DNA of 64,000 bases. Source: Mobula hypostoma. Taxonomy: Eukaryota. Every line of letters starts with the position of its first letter. Position 1 is the first letter of the stretch. The notes beneath the pieces were generated by a model. That model was not told the DNA's origin, ran no database searches, and saw only the letters and a list, made by a program, of their open reading frames with translations. Of this stretch, positions 63,395-64,000 are shown piece after piece. The stretch covers positions 20,400,001-20,464,000 of the forward strand of contig NC_086097.1 in NCBI RefSeq assembly GCF_963921235.1, in the 5' to 3' direction. Made by a program: the position numbers and the translations under genes.

Positions 63395-64000
63395 GTACGC
63401 TGGATGAACTCAGCAGGTCGGGCAGTATCAGTTAGAAACGATGAGTCGACGTTTTGGGCCGGAACCCTTTGTCAGGACTGAAGAATGAAAGATGGGGACG
63501 GGTTTGAAGAATGCTTGTAGCTTCAGTTGAAAGATCACTAATTTTAAAGCCAAAGGGGTGGGGGAGTGGAAGCATTGATGTCATAGCCCTGAAAACAATG
63601 GGTGGTAGAAGAAGCAGGCGGAACCATGAGGGAGCTGGGGGAGGGGGTCGAGTGACATAGGGACAGGGGAAGGGAGGGGCAAGGAATTACCAGAAGTTGG
63701 AGAATTCTATGTTCATACCAAGGGGCTGGAGACTACCTAGACGGTATATGAGGTGTTGCTCCTCCAACCTGAGTTTAGCCTCATTGTGGCAGTAGAGGAG
63801 GCCATGTATAGACATATCTGAATGGGAGTGGGAAGCAGAGTTGAAGTGGGTGGCTACTGGGAGATCCTGTCTGTTGTGGCGGACGGAGTGGAGGTGCTCG
63901 ACGAAGCGGTCCTCCAATCTGCGTCGGGTTTCACCGATGTAGAGGAGGCCGCACCGGGAGCACCGGGTGCAATAAATGACCCCAACAGACTCACAAGTGA
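63395..64000 (-). mobile_element. Penelope-like retroelement 3' end: GIY-YIG endonuclease C-terminus, 3' UTR and pLTR with decayed hammerhead
   Basis: Minus-strand frame 63998->63687 reads TCESVGVIYCTRCSRCGLLYIGETRRRLEDRFVEH...VATHF...LEEQHLIYRLGSLQPLGMNIEFSNFW* (VIY...YIG motif, CxxC); hammerhead-like repeat at 63444-63479. Confidence 0.9.

Noticed and set aside
3740..63479. Recurring 36-nt motif as a possible CRISPR repeat
   Set aside because: Dispersed on both strands in a eukaryotic intron with no spacer periodicity or cas genes; explained by Penelope pLTRs.

Overview
Eukaryotic, repeat-rich genomic DNA. The repeat landscape (CR1 LINEs, V-SINE-type tRNA SINEs, Penelope-like elements) suggests a cartilaginous fish, by inference. 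The window holds almost all of an Exportin-1 (XPO1/CRM1) gene on the + strand: 23 coding exons with GT-AG boundaries (4304-61513) splice into an open frame of 1019 codons. They correspond to human exons 2-24; the non-coding exon 1 and the last coding exon lie outside the window. The introns contain CR1, RTE and Rex/Babar-like LINE fragments, SINEs, Tc1/mariner and hAT elements and a probable solo LTR. The most striking non-coding signal is a dispersed family of about 17 minimal type I hammerhead-ribozyme motifs (agtc-CTGAnGA-stemII-GAAAcgTC-gact) carried by Penelope-like element terminal repeats. Many sit in short fold-back units with target-site duplications, one is core-intact in the sense strand of intron 19, and one is linked to a GIY-YIG endonuclease ORF at the window end. 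A 19-nt tandem duplication of the exon-15 splice donor would create a stop codon exactly at the alternative junction. Nearly all other ORFs in the supplied track are spurious or transposon debris. Repeat boundaries are approximate; exon boundaries were read base by base.
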